Source of the DNA: Octopus vulgaris
Taxonomy: Eukaryota
Length of the DNA stretch: 64,000 bases
Assembly: GCA_951406725.2 (NCBI GenBank)
Contig: OX597822.1
Span: 99,634,001 to 99,698,000, forward strand
Reading direction: 5' to 3'
Shown here: in pieces, positions 38,021 to 50,535 of the stretch
How the letters are laid out: each line of letters opens with the position of its first letter
Position numbering within the stretch: position 1 is the stretch's first letter
Translations under genes and position numbers: made by a program
Notes under the pieces: generated by a model
Told to the model about the DNA's origin: nothing
Seen by the model: only the letters and a program-made list of their open reading frames with translations
Database searches by the model: none

Positions 38021-39124
38021 TTAATGATCAGTTACAATTGTTTTTAATGCCATTGCATGCAACACTTCCATGTGAAATGTTAAATCATACATGTGATGTA
38101 ATATATTAGAAGTGCACGATTTGCTTGACTAAAGGTGGTGCTCCAACATGGCCACGGTCAACTGACTGAAACAAGTAAAAGACTAAAAGAGTAAACGGTC
38201 AGAACGATACTGGAGATGTATTCTTTTGTCACAGGCAAGTGAATTTTGGAAGAAGGGCCTTGCAAGTCAACCAGATAGATGGAAGAGCATTGCAGAAAAT
38301 GAAGGAGAGTATATTTTAAATTAAAAAAGAACCTTGTTTATCATAATTTTGAAAAATAAAAAAAGTATTAAAAAAATGCAATTTATTCATTGGATGACCC
38401 AATATATATATACATATATGCATACATACATATACACACAATACACATACATACATATGCTAGCAGTAACCATGGAATTTCTATCATTATTTTGAAACTA
38501 TAAGATTGCTGGAAGTTTTAGAGAGCGATGGAATACATAATTTTACTTGAAATCCTATTTTTTTTCTGCAGCATTTATTTTGTTGAGATCGTGTAAAAGT
38601 CCTTGTAGTAAATAGTGAAAGTGTAGTGTCTTAGGAGAAAACATCTCTGAAAACAATATTCCTTTTCACAGAATTGTCACCTCTTCTACCTTGAGAGTTG
38701 TTATCTTTCATTTTTATCATTCCGTCATGATGTAAATGCAATATAGAAAGTGCTACAAACAATAATCCTTGAGAAAAATACTGGTTTATGTCTCTCTGCC
38801 TTTCCATTGTGAGTGTGTTATTAAGACTATTGAAAATGTGTTGAAAAAATAATGTAGATAGCAAGCGCTTTAGACAATGTTAACTATGATATGGAGTTGT
38901 AAATATAAACTCTCTATTAATGCTATTCTGTAAAGGCATGACTACATTGAGAATGCATTAGCAAATCTAAATACAGAGCAGCACACATTTATATTCATAC
39001 CCAAAAACATTGCATATGGCCAGGCATGAACTCACCGTCTCCTAGTTAATGAAATACAGTAGTTTCCACACTCTGCTATGGAATCTATATATATATATAT
39101 ATAGATTCATTTTGCATAATGATC

Positions 39125-39155
<31 letters not shown>

Positions 39156-39292
39156 AATATTAGGGAATAAATCCAATTTTATAGTAAAATATTATATAAT
39201 ATTAATTCGAGACAAAACCACTATTTTGCAAAACAAACAAGGAAAGACTTAATCAATACATAAAAATTTTTTTAATATAAAGAAATAAACCG

Positions 39293-39335
39293 CCACTACA
39301 ATCGTTTCATGTCTTCAATGACATTCGTCAGGTGG
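39293..39335 (-). ncRNA. Minimal type-I hammerhead ribozyme
   Basis: CCAC CTGACGA ATGTC attgaa GACAT GAAA CGATTG TA GTGG; all core nucleotides present. Confidence 0.8.
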
Positions 39336-39406
39336 ATTTTCGATCTCCTAATCTGTTTTAATTTATGAAGACTTCATAAATTAAAACAGATTAGGAGATC
39401 GAAAAT

Positions 39407-39449
39407 CCACCTGACGAATGTCATTGAAGGCATGAAACGATTGTAGTGG
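39407..39449 (+). ncRNA. Minimal type-I hammerhead ribozyme
   Basis: CCAC CTGACGA ATGTC attgaa GGCAT GAAA CGATTG TA GTGG; GUA cleavage triplet. Confidence 0.8.
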
Positions 39450-40040
39450 CAGTTTATTTCTTTATATTAAAACATTTTTTATGTATTGATTAAGTCTTTC
39501 CTTGTTTGTTTTGCAAAATAGTGGTTTTGTCTCGAATTAATATTATATATATATATATATTCATTTTGCATAATATATATATACAAGTATGTATGAATGT
39601 TTAGGAAAATGTACACACACAATAGGTTCCTCCATATGTGTATGTATATGCGAGTGTATGTGGATATATGTATATATGTATGTTTCTATGTGGGGATATA
39701 TGTGTGGGTGTACATAGCAACACACCTACTATTGAAAAACAAATCCTCTCAAACCCCTTTTTCCTTCTCTCTTTCCATTTCTTACAAGGGTCATCCAAAA
39801 AATACAAAAAGACCCAAAAAAAGAAAAAAGAGAAAAATACACTGTTTTAAAACACACACGCCCATATTCTCTCTCTTTCACCTTCTCCATCCCTCTATCT
39901 CCCTATCACTCTCTCTCTCTCTCTCTCTCTTTCACCTTCTCCCTCCCTCTATTCTCGATTATATACACCCACACACTCTCTCTCTCTCTCCCCCACTTCA
40001 TTTACCAATAATATAAATACATGCAAAAATTTTTAAACTG

Positions 40041-40089
40041 ACATTTCTGATGAAACTACAGGAGTAGTTGAAAGCACTAACAATATGTG
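40041..40089 (+). ncRNA. Minimal hammerhead motif, core intact, stem I eroded
   Basis: CTGATGA AACTAC agga GTAGTT GAAA GCAC TA. Confidence 0.65.
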
Positions 40090-40180
40090 ATATGTAAATA
40101 AATATATATTTTTACAACCATCCAGCATTCTGAACATCTTTTTTCTTTCATATATATATACATTTATATATATATATATA

Positions 40181-41276
40181 TAGAGCGTGATGGCTAAATT
40201 GTCACCATTTCATGTTTTTAATTTCACGCATGTGCATTGTTTGTTTTTGATTTTGTCGACTACACAGTATAGTAGGGTCAGTTAGGCACCGTCTGTGAGG
40301 AAAAACAGCACCATGACACAATTTGCACTGCCAGAAATATGGAAACAACATGCTGTACTGCTTGGCATTCACACTGGAAGCTCCAATATGAACATTTCAG
40401 AGTGTTTAGGTATCAATCTGAGGAGGAGAGGGCAGCAGATTTGGAAAGAGTTGGATGAGTCTAATGATCATAAAGGTATGGCAGCTCGGAAAACTCACTC
40501 TGTTCTGATAAGAAAAGAATTCCTGAATTTGTTGGTGAGATCCAGGCAATGATTGACAACAAACCCTCCAAGTCATTCAGGTAAATTGTCAGAGACATGG
40601 GAGTGTCTGGGTTTCTTATCAGGCAGGTAATGCATGATGACATGTACCGAGAGTGATAAAAATCAAACATCCAGTCAACATAATGGTGTTTGGAGTTATC
40701 GTTAGTGATAGTGATGTTATGCTTCCATTTATCTTCCCACACGGCCTTAGACCCAACATGGAGGCCTACATCAAGTGCTTGGAGGAGGTAGTGCTGTCCT
40801 GGGTCGAGTGGGTGTGGCTGCTGGAAGACCTTGTGTCTGGTTACAGGACTCTGCACCATGCCACACATGCAGGAGAACCCAGTCATGGCAGTCAGATAAT
40901 TTCTGTGACCACATCACCCCTAACATCTGGCCACCTAACTCCACAGACAGCAACCCCCTTCATTATTATGTGTGGGGCGCAGTTAAGTGAGAGACCAAGG
41001 AAACTCCTTGTAACACCAAAGATGAAATGAAGGCAAGGATCATGGCAGCATTCACTAACTTAAACAAGGAGACCATCAGGAAGAGTTGCAGGAGATTCTG
41101 AAGTTGTCTGGAGGCTATGGTTGAAGCCAATATTGATTTTATTGAATAAATTTTCTCTTTAGTAATTGAAGATATTTTTATGTAATTTTGGTAAATATAT
41201 CTGTTAAAATGAGATGTCAGTGTTATTTTCATTTTTGCATAATTTAGATGACAATATATTCACCACACGATCTATA
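40181..41276 (+). mobile_element. maT (DD37D) Tc1/mariner-superfamily transposon relic
   Basis: KHPVNIMVFGVI...FIFPHG...QDSAPCH...WPPNSTDSNPL(H)YYVWG; 37 residues between the second Asp and the third catalytic position; degenerate TIRs, frameshifts and stops. Confidence 0.9.
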
Positions 41277-41284
41277 CATTATAT

Positions 41285-41668
41285 TGGCTTCCGTGTCCGT
41301 GGCACGTAAAAACCACCAACCGATCTTGGCTGTTGCCAGCCTCCCCAGGCACCTGTGCTGGTGGCATGTAAAAAGCACCATCCGTATGTGGTCGATGCCA
41401 GCACCACCTTGACTGGCTTCCGTGCCGGTGGCATGTAAAAAGCACCAACCGATTGTGGCCGTTGCCAACCTCTCCTGGCATCTGTGCCGGTGGCACGTAA
41501 AAACACCCACTACACTCATGGAGTGGTTGGCGTTAGGAAGGGCATCCAACTGTAGAAACACTGCCAGATCAGACTGGAGCTTGGTGCAGCCTCCTGGCTT
41601 CCCAGACCCCGGATGAACCATCCAACCCATGCTAGCAAGGAAAACGGACATTAAATGATGGTGATGAT
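41285..41668 (+). mobile_element. Family C repeat
   Basis: Four internal units, core and (GAT)n tail. Confidence 0.85.
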
Positions 41669-42011
41669 ATGGTATACCATATTACCATATTACAAAGGAG
41701 ATGACAAAGGATTAAGATATCTGGAGGTTTGCTGCACTCAAGAAGATCTGTCCTCCACAGCAGAAGTGTTAATGCTGCTCCCCCTGCTGAAGAGGATTGG
41801 TCTGCAAGAGCCCTGTGCCGGTACCAAGTATAAAGCATGTGTGCCAGCACCATGTATTAGTGCTTATGCTGATGCTATGTAAAAGCACTTGTGTTGAAGC
41901 CACATAAAAAGCACCCAGCCATAGAAACCAAGCCAAATCAGACAGGGACCTGGTGTGACTCTCCTGCTTGCTAGCTCTCATTAAACCATCCAATCCATGC
42001 CAATACTTTAA

Positions 42012-42257
42012 CCCTTTAGCATTTGAACAGACGGTATCAGGCCCTAATATTCTACTTGTTATATATTCAAAATGGCCAGATCTGGCCTCTCACAATGTCA
42101 TTCCTACGTACCCTACAATAAACAGATGATCACATCTTTGAAAAAATAAATGATCAAATCTTTGAAATCCCGAAGCTATGAGATAATACATAATTAATTC
42201 AAAACAATGTGAATGAATAAACATTACATTTGACAGAATAACCTGAATGCCAAAGGA
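42012..42257. mobile_element. piggyBac-type MITE
   Basis: TTAA-CCCTTTAGCATT ... AATGCCAAAGGA-TTAA. Confidence 0.8.
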
Positions 42258-42274
42258 TTAATACAATTAATATT

Positions 42275-42540
42275 CCTTGTGAAATTGGCTGCAGGATAAA
42301 TATGGTCAAAGGGAAAGTTTCAATGAGGTGTTTGGGGGGTAATATTTTAAGAAAGAGAAACTGAATGTAGGGATTAGAGTAAAACTTGGAGATGGCAGAT
42401 GCAATATCCATGACAAGAAGAGGAAAGACAAGGGAATTGGTGGTGGTATCTGAGATGGCACAAAACAAGTCAACTCAGGAACAGAGAATGCTGTAGTAAT
42501 GGTGGGAAAGGTAGAAAGAGCAGATGTACGTGTTAAATTA
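42275..42540 (-). mobile_element. Possible ancient LINE RT fragment
   Basis: MDIASAISKF...LFLK...ETFP...ILQPI loosely follows the pre-RT motif order of CR1/Jockey elements. Confidence 0.3.
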
Positions 42541-44689
42541 AACATTAGATTTATACATCTGGTGTAAGAGTAACTCATATTCTTGACATATTGTGTCTTC
42601 ACAATAACATTCTTTTAGAAATGATTGCTGCTAGAGGTTACCAACAAAAAGAGTTTCTAACAGTGGTCTGCTTCCAGATAACACTAAAGAACCAAAACCA
42701 CATATATTCTTTATTGGGAAAATGCTTTATCAACTGTCATGAAATTTTGTATTTTTTTCAGTTTTCATTTGGTCTGTGAACATTCATAATTGGAGATCTT
42801 ATTTAGACCAATTATGACTACAAGTAGCTCACATGACTCTATTGAGCATTATTGACCAAATTTCTCAAAGGAATTCTTATATAAATTAGTGTGACAGTCA
42901 AAAATAAATACTGAATATTGTTTTCTTCTTTCCCAGTCTAGTAGCAGTGCCTATGTTTGAGAACTGTGAGAGATTAGAAAAAAAAAAATTTATCAAAAAC
43001 TACTAGTTGCTTTTTAGACACTAATTGCAACCACATATATTGAATATCTCTCAAGATATACAGGCAATGAACTCATTAAGAAATATAATTATGGAAGGAT
43101 TAACAATGCAATCAAACAGACACAAAAACACCTAAGACCAATTTAATGCAGTTAGGCTACATATTTTTTAATGCCTGAATTGTAAAATGTAAACAGATCT
43201 AAATACATACTGTTATTCTTTTTATGCACAGAAATAGGTGAGGGTTTGTGAAAGGAAGGGCATCTGGCCTCAGAAAAATCCATCTGACCCTTAAGAGCAT
43301 GGAAAAGTAGCTGTAAATGGTAGTGGTGATGAGGATGATGAAGTCCAGTGTCCACAATTTCATTCTATTGACCACCCAATTTGTTTTCCTCCTCATAGGC
43401 ATCTCACCCTTGTCAAGAGTCCTGCCCACCACCACCACTGAACAAGTTCTCTATTATTATTGTTATTATTATTGTTGTTATTATTAAGCACCGACACTAT
43501 TTTCCCTTACATCTTTTCCTTTACTTCCATATATTTTTCTTAAGAAGCCAACCTGGGAGCCAATTAACTTGTTAGAAATAGAAGCCAAAATATGATGGGA
43601 TGATTACAGATGGACCACCTTTATTTCATAATAGAGTCAGCCTGCCCTGAGCCAGTCAACTTACTAGAAGTAGTAGCCAAATCTTTCTAACAACATTGGA
43701 TAGTATAACTGAAGATATACTACATCTGAAAAAAAGGAATAATGATTATGGATTGATTGGAGTTAGCCAAGAGCTAAACGACTATAAAGACATTGCTGAA
43801 ACATGCATAATTTTATGCACAGAAGTTTTCTTATAAAATACTTTTGGCCAAATTTTATAAATACTTTTGGTTAAATTTTGAAAGTACATTGTACAACAAC
43901 CAGATCAGCCAGCCCTAGAGCGGTTAATGTCGTTCCAGGAGAAACAGAATATTAGAATTGTTCTTTTTTTTTTTCAGGTGAATTTAGCTTCCTTAAGGAA
44001 ATAAATAAATCTACTTCAAAGAAACTTGGATTTTGTATACAGTCTTTAAAATTAAGTAATCTAAAATCAGAATGATACTATAAACTTGAAGCTAACAAAA
44101 CATCAACAAAACACTATTTGCTGAATTGGATCAGTGAAAAACAGGAGTATAATAAGAAAAAAATAATAATAATAATAACAATAATAATAGAGAACTTATT
44201 GCTTTGATGATAAGCACATCTAACATAGAACTGAAACAAATTCTTGTTTCAAACATTGCAATTGATAGAAGGAAATAGAATAAATGTGCACTTTAGTCTT
44301 TTTTTGCAGAAAGAAGGTTCTTCTTTTTCTTTTTTTTTTTCATGATATATTTCAAAGAACAAAAGGATGGAAAAATATCTATTTCCCGATAACTTAAAAC
44401 CTTTTTTTTTTTTTTGTTATTCAATCTCTTTTCACCTTTTTTTATGCCGGAGACTTTGTGGCACAACAGGGTAAGTGGAGTTTTCCTTGGAAAGGATTAA
44501 TACTCACCTGTTGCATGAGTGCGCATGTGTGTGTTTATGTGTGTGAGTGCGTATGTTGTATGCACGCATGTGAAAGTGCTTCTGTATGTATATGGATGTG
44601 TATAATCAGCCTGGGGAAAGATTGCATTATTTAAACTACTTACAGTTCAACAGTGATAAAAAAAAGGAGTTATATAATAAATTACCTGA

Positions 44690-44790
44690 ATGCATACATG
44701 TACACACATACACATATATAAATATGTACATATATATATATGTAAATATGTAAATATGTGAATATATATATATGCATACATACATATCTT

Positions 44791-44822
<32 letters not shown>

Positions 44823-44866
44823 TACATATACATATGTGTATGTGTGTGTGTGTGTGTAAATATATA

Positions 44867-44912
<46 letters not shown>

Positions 44913-45250
44913 TATATACACACACACAGATATATTTACACATATGTATATATATATATATGCATAAATAAATATATATATATACACACACACACATATA
45001 CATACACACACATATACATATACACACATATATTATATATATATATTTATATGTACATGTACATATATACATAAATACACACATATATATTTACCTGTAT
45101 GTATGTTTGTAAGTACATATGTATATATATGCATGTATGTATATATGTATATATATATATATACACATATACATATAGACACACACACACATATATACAT
45201 GTACATATATACACACACATATATGCATGTATGTATGTATCTATGTATAC
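44690..45250. repeat. Compound (TA)/(CA)/(TG) microsatellite tract
   Basis: Direct. Confidence 0.95.
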
Positions 45251-45769
45251 ATCACAAGAAAACACATGAGCCAGCAATTTACAAGAGATGTTATCATTTC
45301 TCTGTTTATAATACGGTAGGTGCCATCAGTACATAGGAGATGTGTTAGAGGCAATGATACAGAAGAAATTTATGAATATCGTAGAGAACTTCAGCTATTA
45401 TGTGCAAACCAGTCAGAGAAACCGACATTGGTTGACATGAACTACCGGAATAAAGCAACTACTTTTATCGTGACAGACGATCAGTCTCTCATTCTAATTA
45501 ACAACTATCAGTCTAGAAAGAAAAAGAAAAATTAGCCAAAACAAAATCAAAATAAGCAAACAAAGAGAATAACAATAGTTTGCATTCTTTGAATTGAACT
45601 CTCCAAATAGTTTAAGGGGCCGATTTACTAAGTGTTCGCAAAACCAATCTTTCAATGTCAAATGGTTTTCTGAAGAATTATGGTGCCTGCTGTTCCATTG
45701 TTAATTACAATCAAACTGTTCTATTCCACATGAGTTATAGATACATTTGCTTATATATACATATAATTG

Positions 45770-45994
45770 TACCAGGAGGGGTGCTGGAAAGTTCTTGGCT
45801 TTAAGGGTGTCACAAAAGGCCTGATTGAAGGTCCAACATTCCGAGATCTCTTACAGAGCTTAGAAAAACTGAAGGACCACTGCAATAAGTGTGCAGATCT
45901 GAGAGGGAAATATGTGTTGAATAAAATCATAATTAACTGATCCTCCTGTATTTTCTTTTACCCAAAACCAGGACCTGTTCAGCACCACCTTGTA
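45770..45994 (+). mobile_element. Mariner-derived MITE
   Basis: TIRs GGGGTGCTGGAAAGTTCTTGGCTTT / AAAACCAGGACCTGTTCAGCACCACCTTG-TA; remnant LEKLKDHCNKCADLRGKYV of the mariner C-terminus. Confidence 0.8.
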
Positions 45995-46412
45995 TGTGTG
46001 TGTATCTCTGTGTGTGTGTATGAGTGTTTATGCATATTTATGTGTGCCTTGCCTTGGGTCCTCTCAACTCTATATTGGAATTACAAGGGAGCCATTGTAA
46101 GCTATGGCATGTCTTGAGCCCTTTCAGGTTAGCTGGAGTCCATTCTTCTCCAGGTCTGACCACAGCTGATTTCTTCCAGAGGAAAAGGGAGACAGTTAAA
46201 TGGAAAGACATAAAGAGGATAATCGACCCAAATACAGCACTGGTACTTTATTTATTCACAACTAAAGAATGAAAAGCGAGATGGACCTCAGTAAGATTTG
46301 AACTCAGAGCATAGAGCACTGGAGGGATTACAGCAAGCAATTTATCCAACATTCTAATAACTCTGCCAACTGGCTCTGTGAGTGTGCATGTTGTAACTGT
46401 TGCTGTTGTTGT

Positions 46413-46908
46413 CTTCTTCTTCTTCCAATCAGGACCTATGCCATTAGCCACAAAGAATAATCTCTAATTCGATCCTACTCTAAGCTACTAAGAATGCATG
46501 TGGCAACTTGAAAATCCACCCACCACACGCGATAGACTGGTAGTTGCACGGGCGCAAAAGCTATGTTGTTATCCTCATTCCATAAACGATGGCTTTTAAT
46601 GGGTAGAGAGCTGAACCATCCTGGGGTACAGAGGATTCGCGATGTAGACAAGGGTCTGAAAGTTTACCACGCCATAGTGAGTTACACCATGGTTCCTCTG
46701 CTTTGTGGCAGAAGTAGGAAGAAAGAGTGAGAGAAAGTTGTGGTGAAAGAATACAGCGGGGTTCACTCCCCACCCCCTGCCGCCAGAGCCTCATGAAGCT
46801 TAGGTTTTTTTGCTCAATAAACACTCACAAAGCCCAGTCTTGGAATCGAAACCATGTTCTTATGACCGCGAGTCCACTGCCCTAACCACTGGGCCATTGC
46901 GCTTCCAC
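46413..46908 (-). mobile_element. Family E SINE head with a distinct ~300-bp tail ending (AAG)n
   Basis: Same head as 6761-7070 and 58160-58552; tail unique in window. Confidence 0.75.
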
Positions 46909-48332
46909 TTCTGTTGTTGCTTAGCTCCCAGGTCAACACTGATCAAGTAGACTAATGTGCCTACAGCAATCAAGCCATGACCATCCTATCTCATTTAGTA
47001 GTACATAGGACTACTTTATATAAGAGTGCCTGTCCTGCCCTCATATAAGACGAAAGCATGTAATTTGTAAGAGATTTGGCAGTTATTTTTAGCAAGTCGA
47101 GTGACCACATTGTGATTCCTTTCAATGATATATATGTGCTTATGTTGTTGTTAAGGAGCATCAGGTCAAGCCTGATTGAACAAATCTACAAACAAAAGCA
47201 TTCCAACCATGTTCATATCAACTTTTTACTGAACAGCATCCATAACTGGATTATCCAATGTCTCCAGCCATATTAGGCCCAAAAACTCCACCTGGTTTAT
47301 GTCAAAACTGACCAGATACAGCCTCTCACACCTACCCTAAAATATCATTCTAAAAATAAAAAATCGTATCATTGAAATCTCAAAGCTACTTGATAATGTA
47401 CAATAAATTCAAAACAATGTAAATAATTAAACACTGCATATGATAGAGTTGAATGCTGAAGGGCTGAGCAGATGAAAGTTTGATTTGAGGGAAACTTAGC
47501 TGCAATTTCTAGCAAGTCAAGCTGTTAAGTAGAGTCATGTGTGTTTCCATGTATGTACATTACAGGAAAGTCTATTACCCCTTTTGTTACCATAAGCACT
47601 GACATAATTGTTAAGAAGCTTATTTCCCACCCACATGGCCTTGAGTTCAGTCCCACTGCATAGCACCTTGGACAAATGTTTTCTTCTATAGCCCCAGGCT
47701 GGTCAAGGATCTGTGAATGGATTTGGTAGACAGAAACTGAAAGAAGCCTGTCATATATCCCTGTGCATATGCATGTGTGATTGTCTTTCTGTCTCCTTGT
47801 CTTGAGATGTCATTCACGCTTGTGTCTTCTTGCCAAGAGGTGTCATTCATTTCTAACATCACGATTGTCATTTAACATCCGTTTCTCATGCTGGCATGAG
47901 TTTGATAGCTTGAGCAGAGCTGCTCTAGGTTCCACTCTGATTTGGCTTGGTTTCTACAGCTAATTGCCCTTCCTAATGCCAACCACTTTACAAAGTGTAC
48001 TGGGAGCTTTTTACATGACACTAACAGGAGGAGGGGCATTAGCACTTCTGTTGTGGAGACTAGGTCTTCTTGAGCTACTAAAGAAATTGTGCCTCAACAA
48101 AGTGAACATTAAAATGATGATGATGATTTCTGTTGAAATACAGTTTGTCTTTCAATTTTAATTTTGAAAATAATAGAGAATATATAAAAATAACATTGTT
48201 GTTATTAAACTAGTGTTTGGAACACAAATCAACATGAAATTTGATGGAAGGTTTTAATATAATTTGATGCTTCCAAAAAATAAAAAAGAAAAGCCGTTAG
48301 AAAACCGATTATAGCAACGACTCCATCTAAGA

Positions 48333-48369
48333 ATATCTGAAGAAGGAATATTATTCCGAAATATCATAT
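48333..48369 (+). ncRNA. Minimal hammerhead motif
   Basis: ATAT CTGAAGA A GGAAT att ATTCC GAAA TA TC ATAT. Confidence 0.7.
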
Positions 48370-49954
48370 CAGATTATGGATGACTAAATTACAACAGGTA
48401 TATATAACCCATTGTCTGTATTATAGTGCATTGTTGTACCATTCAAAACTTTTTAATCTTTAATATAATTTCGTTTTTATATTTGGTTTGCAAGATTCTT
48501 TAAGTGAATTCATGTGTTGAAGCATATTTTAATGCGTCTGAGGAGAGTCATTCACTTTTAGTTTGCAAGACTCTTTCTATAAAACAGGGAGATTACCCAA
48601 GGTGCTACAGTGGGACTAAACTGGGAACTAAGTAGTCGGGAAATTTACAATCTTATTTCAAAATTCTTTATTTTGAAACCCTAAAATTATGTAAGTTCTT
48701 ACAAGTATGGAAGAGGAGATTTATCAATACATCCAGTAATCCTCATGACAATGATGGAAGAACATCAGAGAATTTTATTAGTAAGCAATGTCAAGACCAG
48801 TTCAACTTTCCCATAAGCTATTCTTTTCCGAGTTATTCCCCTTGAAATGCTTGACAGATCTGAGTCGTTGAAGTGGAATGGATTAACCGGGAGTCAAGAT
48901 TAAGTCATAGATCTAACATTGTGGAAGATACTCATACTCTTTGCAATCATGAATCAATGAAATGAAAATTATTTCATATCGATTAGTTACAGATGAAACG
49001 GGAAATGAAATTCAATAATAAAGTGTTTAATCTACTCTCAGAGCTTTACGTCCTTCATATTACAGATGTGTTAAGTGTTACAGATAATAAATTAACGAGG
49101 TTCCAAAAGTTTAATCAAACTAATCCGTTAATTTCAGGATGAACCAATTACAAAGCAATTATGCCTCTCTAGCACTTGATAATTATAACACAATTCAACA
49201 TGCCAACTTGAAATCTCAATAGTTTATAACAAGTACCCAGTTATGAATTGATCTCTTGGAATGACTAATACCCTTAAGACAAAAAAATGGAAAAATAGGG
49301 CAGAACAAGTACTTACCACTTCCTTATTATTTTCTTAGTGAAACAAAGACATTGGGAGAATATAAACAGTGGAGATCACCACTTTAGTATCAATACATAA
49401 TCTGTATATGATGACACATACACACATATATTATCTGTATACATTGTCTGTATATAAACATGCATATTTTATGATTCTACTTAAGCATGACAATACTAAA
49501 ACCAATTGTTAGAACTCAATATATTTATGCTTTTATGCTTTGCTGTAAACTCATAAGATCAGTTTACAGAGCAATATCAATTAATGAATGACATAAGAAC
49601 AGGAGTTGCGTGTGCACATGTATGTATGTGTGTGAGAGAGAGAGATAGAGAGAGAAGAGACAGATAGATAGAGAGGGAGGGAGACAGAGAGAGAGTATGT
49701 ATGCATATATATATTTATCCTTCCATTCTACATATTTGTATTCATGTCTCTGGATCGGGTTGTTTCATCCTCATAATCAAATCACACATTATTATAATAT
49801 GTATGATTCTACATGTTCTCAACTCTGTATTTAAATGGTTTCCTCAATGAAGATGCACTGGCTCTAAGAAAACTATAAAATACTGCACAAACACTCAGCT
49901 GCCCAGAGTGCATGTTTACTTACAGCAGAAACACCCATCTCTCTCTCTCTCTGC

Positions 49955-50033
<79 letters not shown>

Positions 50034-50038
<5 letters not shown>

Positions 50039-50220
50039 AATATTAGGGAATAAATCCAAATTTACAGGGAAAAATCAGATTTAGGATTGAATCCAATTTT
50101 ATAGTAAAATATAATATAATATTAATTAGAGACAAAACCAAAATTTTTTATGTATTGGATTAAGTCTTTCTTTGTTTGATTTGCATAATAGTGGTTTTGT
50201 CTCTAATTAATATTATATAT
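50034..50220. mobile_element. Internally collapsed relative of the 39151-39549 palindrome
   Basis: Shares TAATAAATATTAGGGAATAAATCCAA start and GAGACAAAACCA/TGGTTTTGTCTC arms; centre deleted. Confidence 0.85.
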
Positions 50221-50406
50221 ATATATATACTATCTTTAACATTTTCTTGGGAATGTATATTTATGTTGTAATCTTTTGTGCCCAATATTTTAATGAACTT
50301 GTTAAACTTTTTTATGTCCTTAACATGTTCTTGTTACCAAAGACTGTATATATGTATTGTAGCATTTTGTGACAACCAATAACTAACACAACCAAACTTT
50401 TACATG

Positions 50407-50451
50407 TTACTTTTGACAATCTTTTTCTAAAGAGTGAAACCGGTAAAGTAA
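50407..50451 (+). ncRNA. Degenerate hammerhead motif
   Basis: TTACTT TTGACAA TCTTT ttct AAAGA gt GAAA CCGG TA AAGTAA. Confidence 0.55.
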
Positions 50452-50490
50452 ATAAACATCTTTTAAAATTGCATTTTCAAACCTTCTTTC

Positions 50491-50535
<45 letters not shown>

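Larger units (their letters stand above)
39151..39549. mobile_element. Penelope-like palindromic element
   Basis: 178-bp arms (39193-39370, 39372-39549), ~4 mismatches, in (TA)n; 16-bp flanking direct repeat. Confidence 0.8.

Noticed and set aside
41421-41510. Pistol- or twister-like CG..CG-TAAAA motif
   Set aside because: Lacks the conserved catalytic segments of either ribozyme
45320-45535. Protein-like 71-aa ORF
   Set aside because: No family recognised; splice-like signals on both strands conflict
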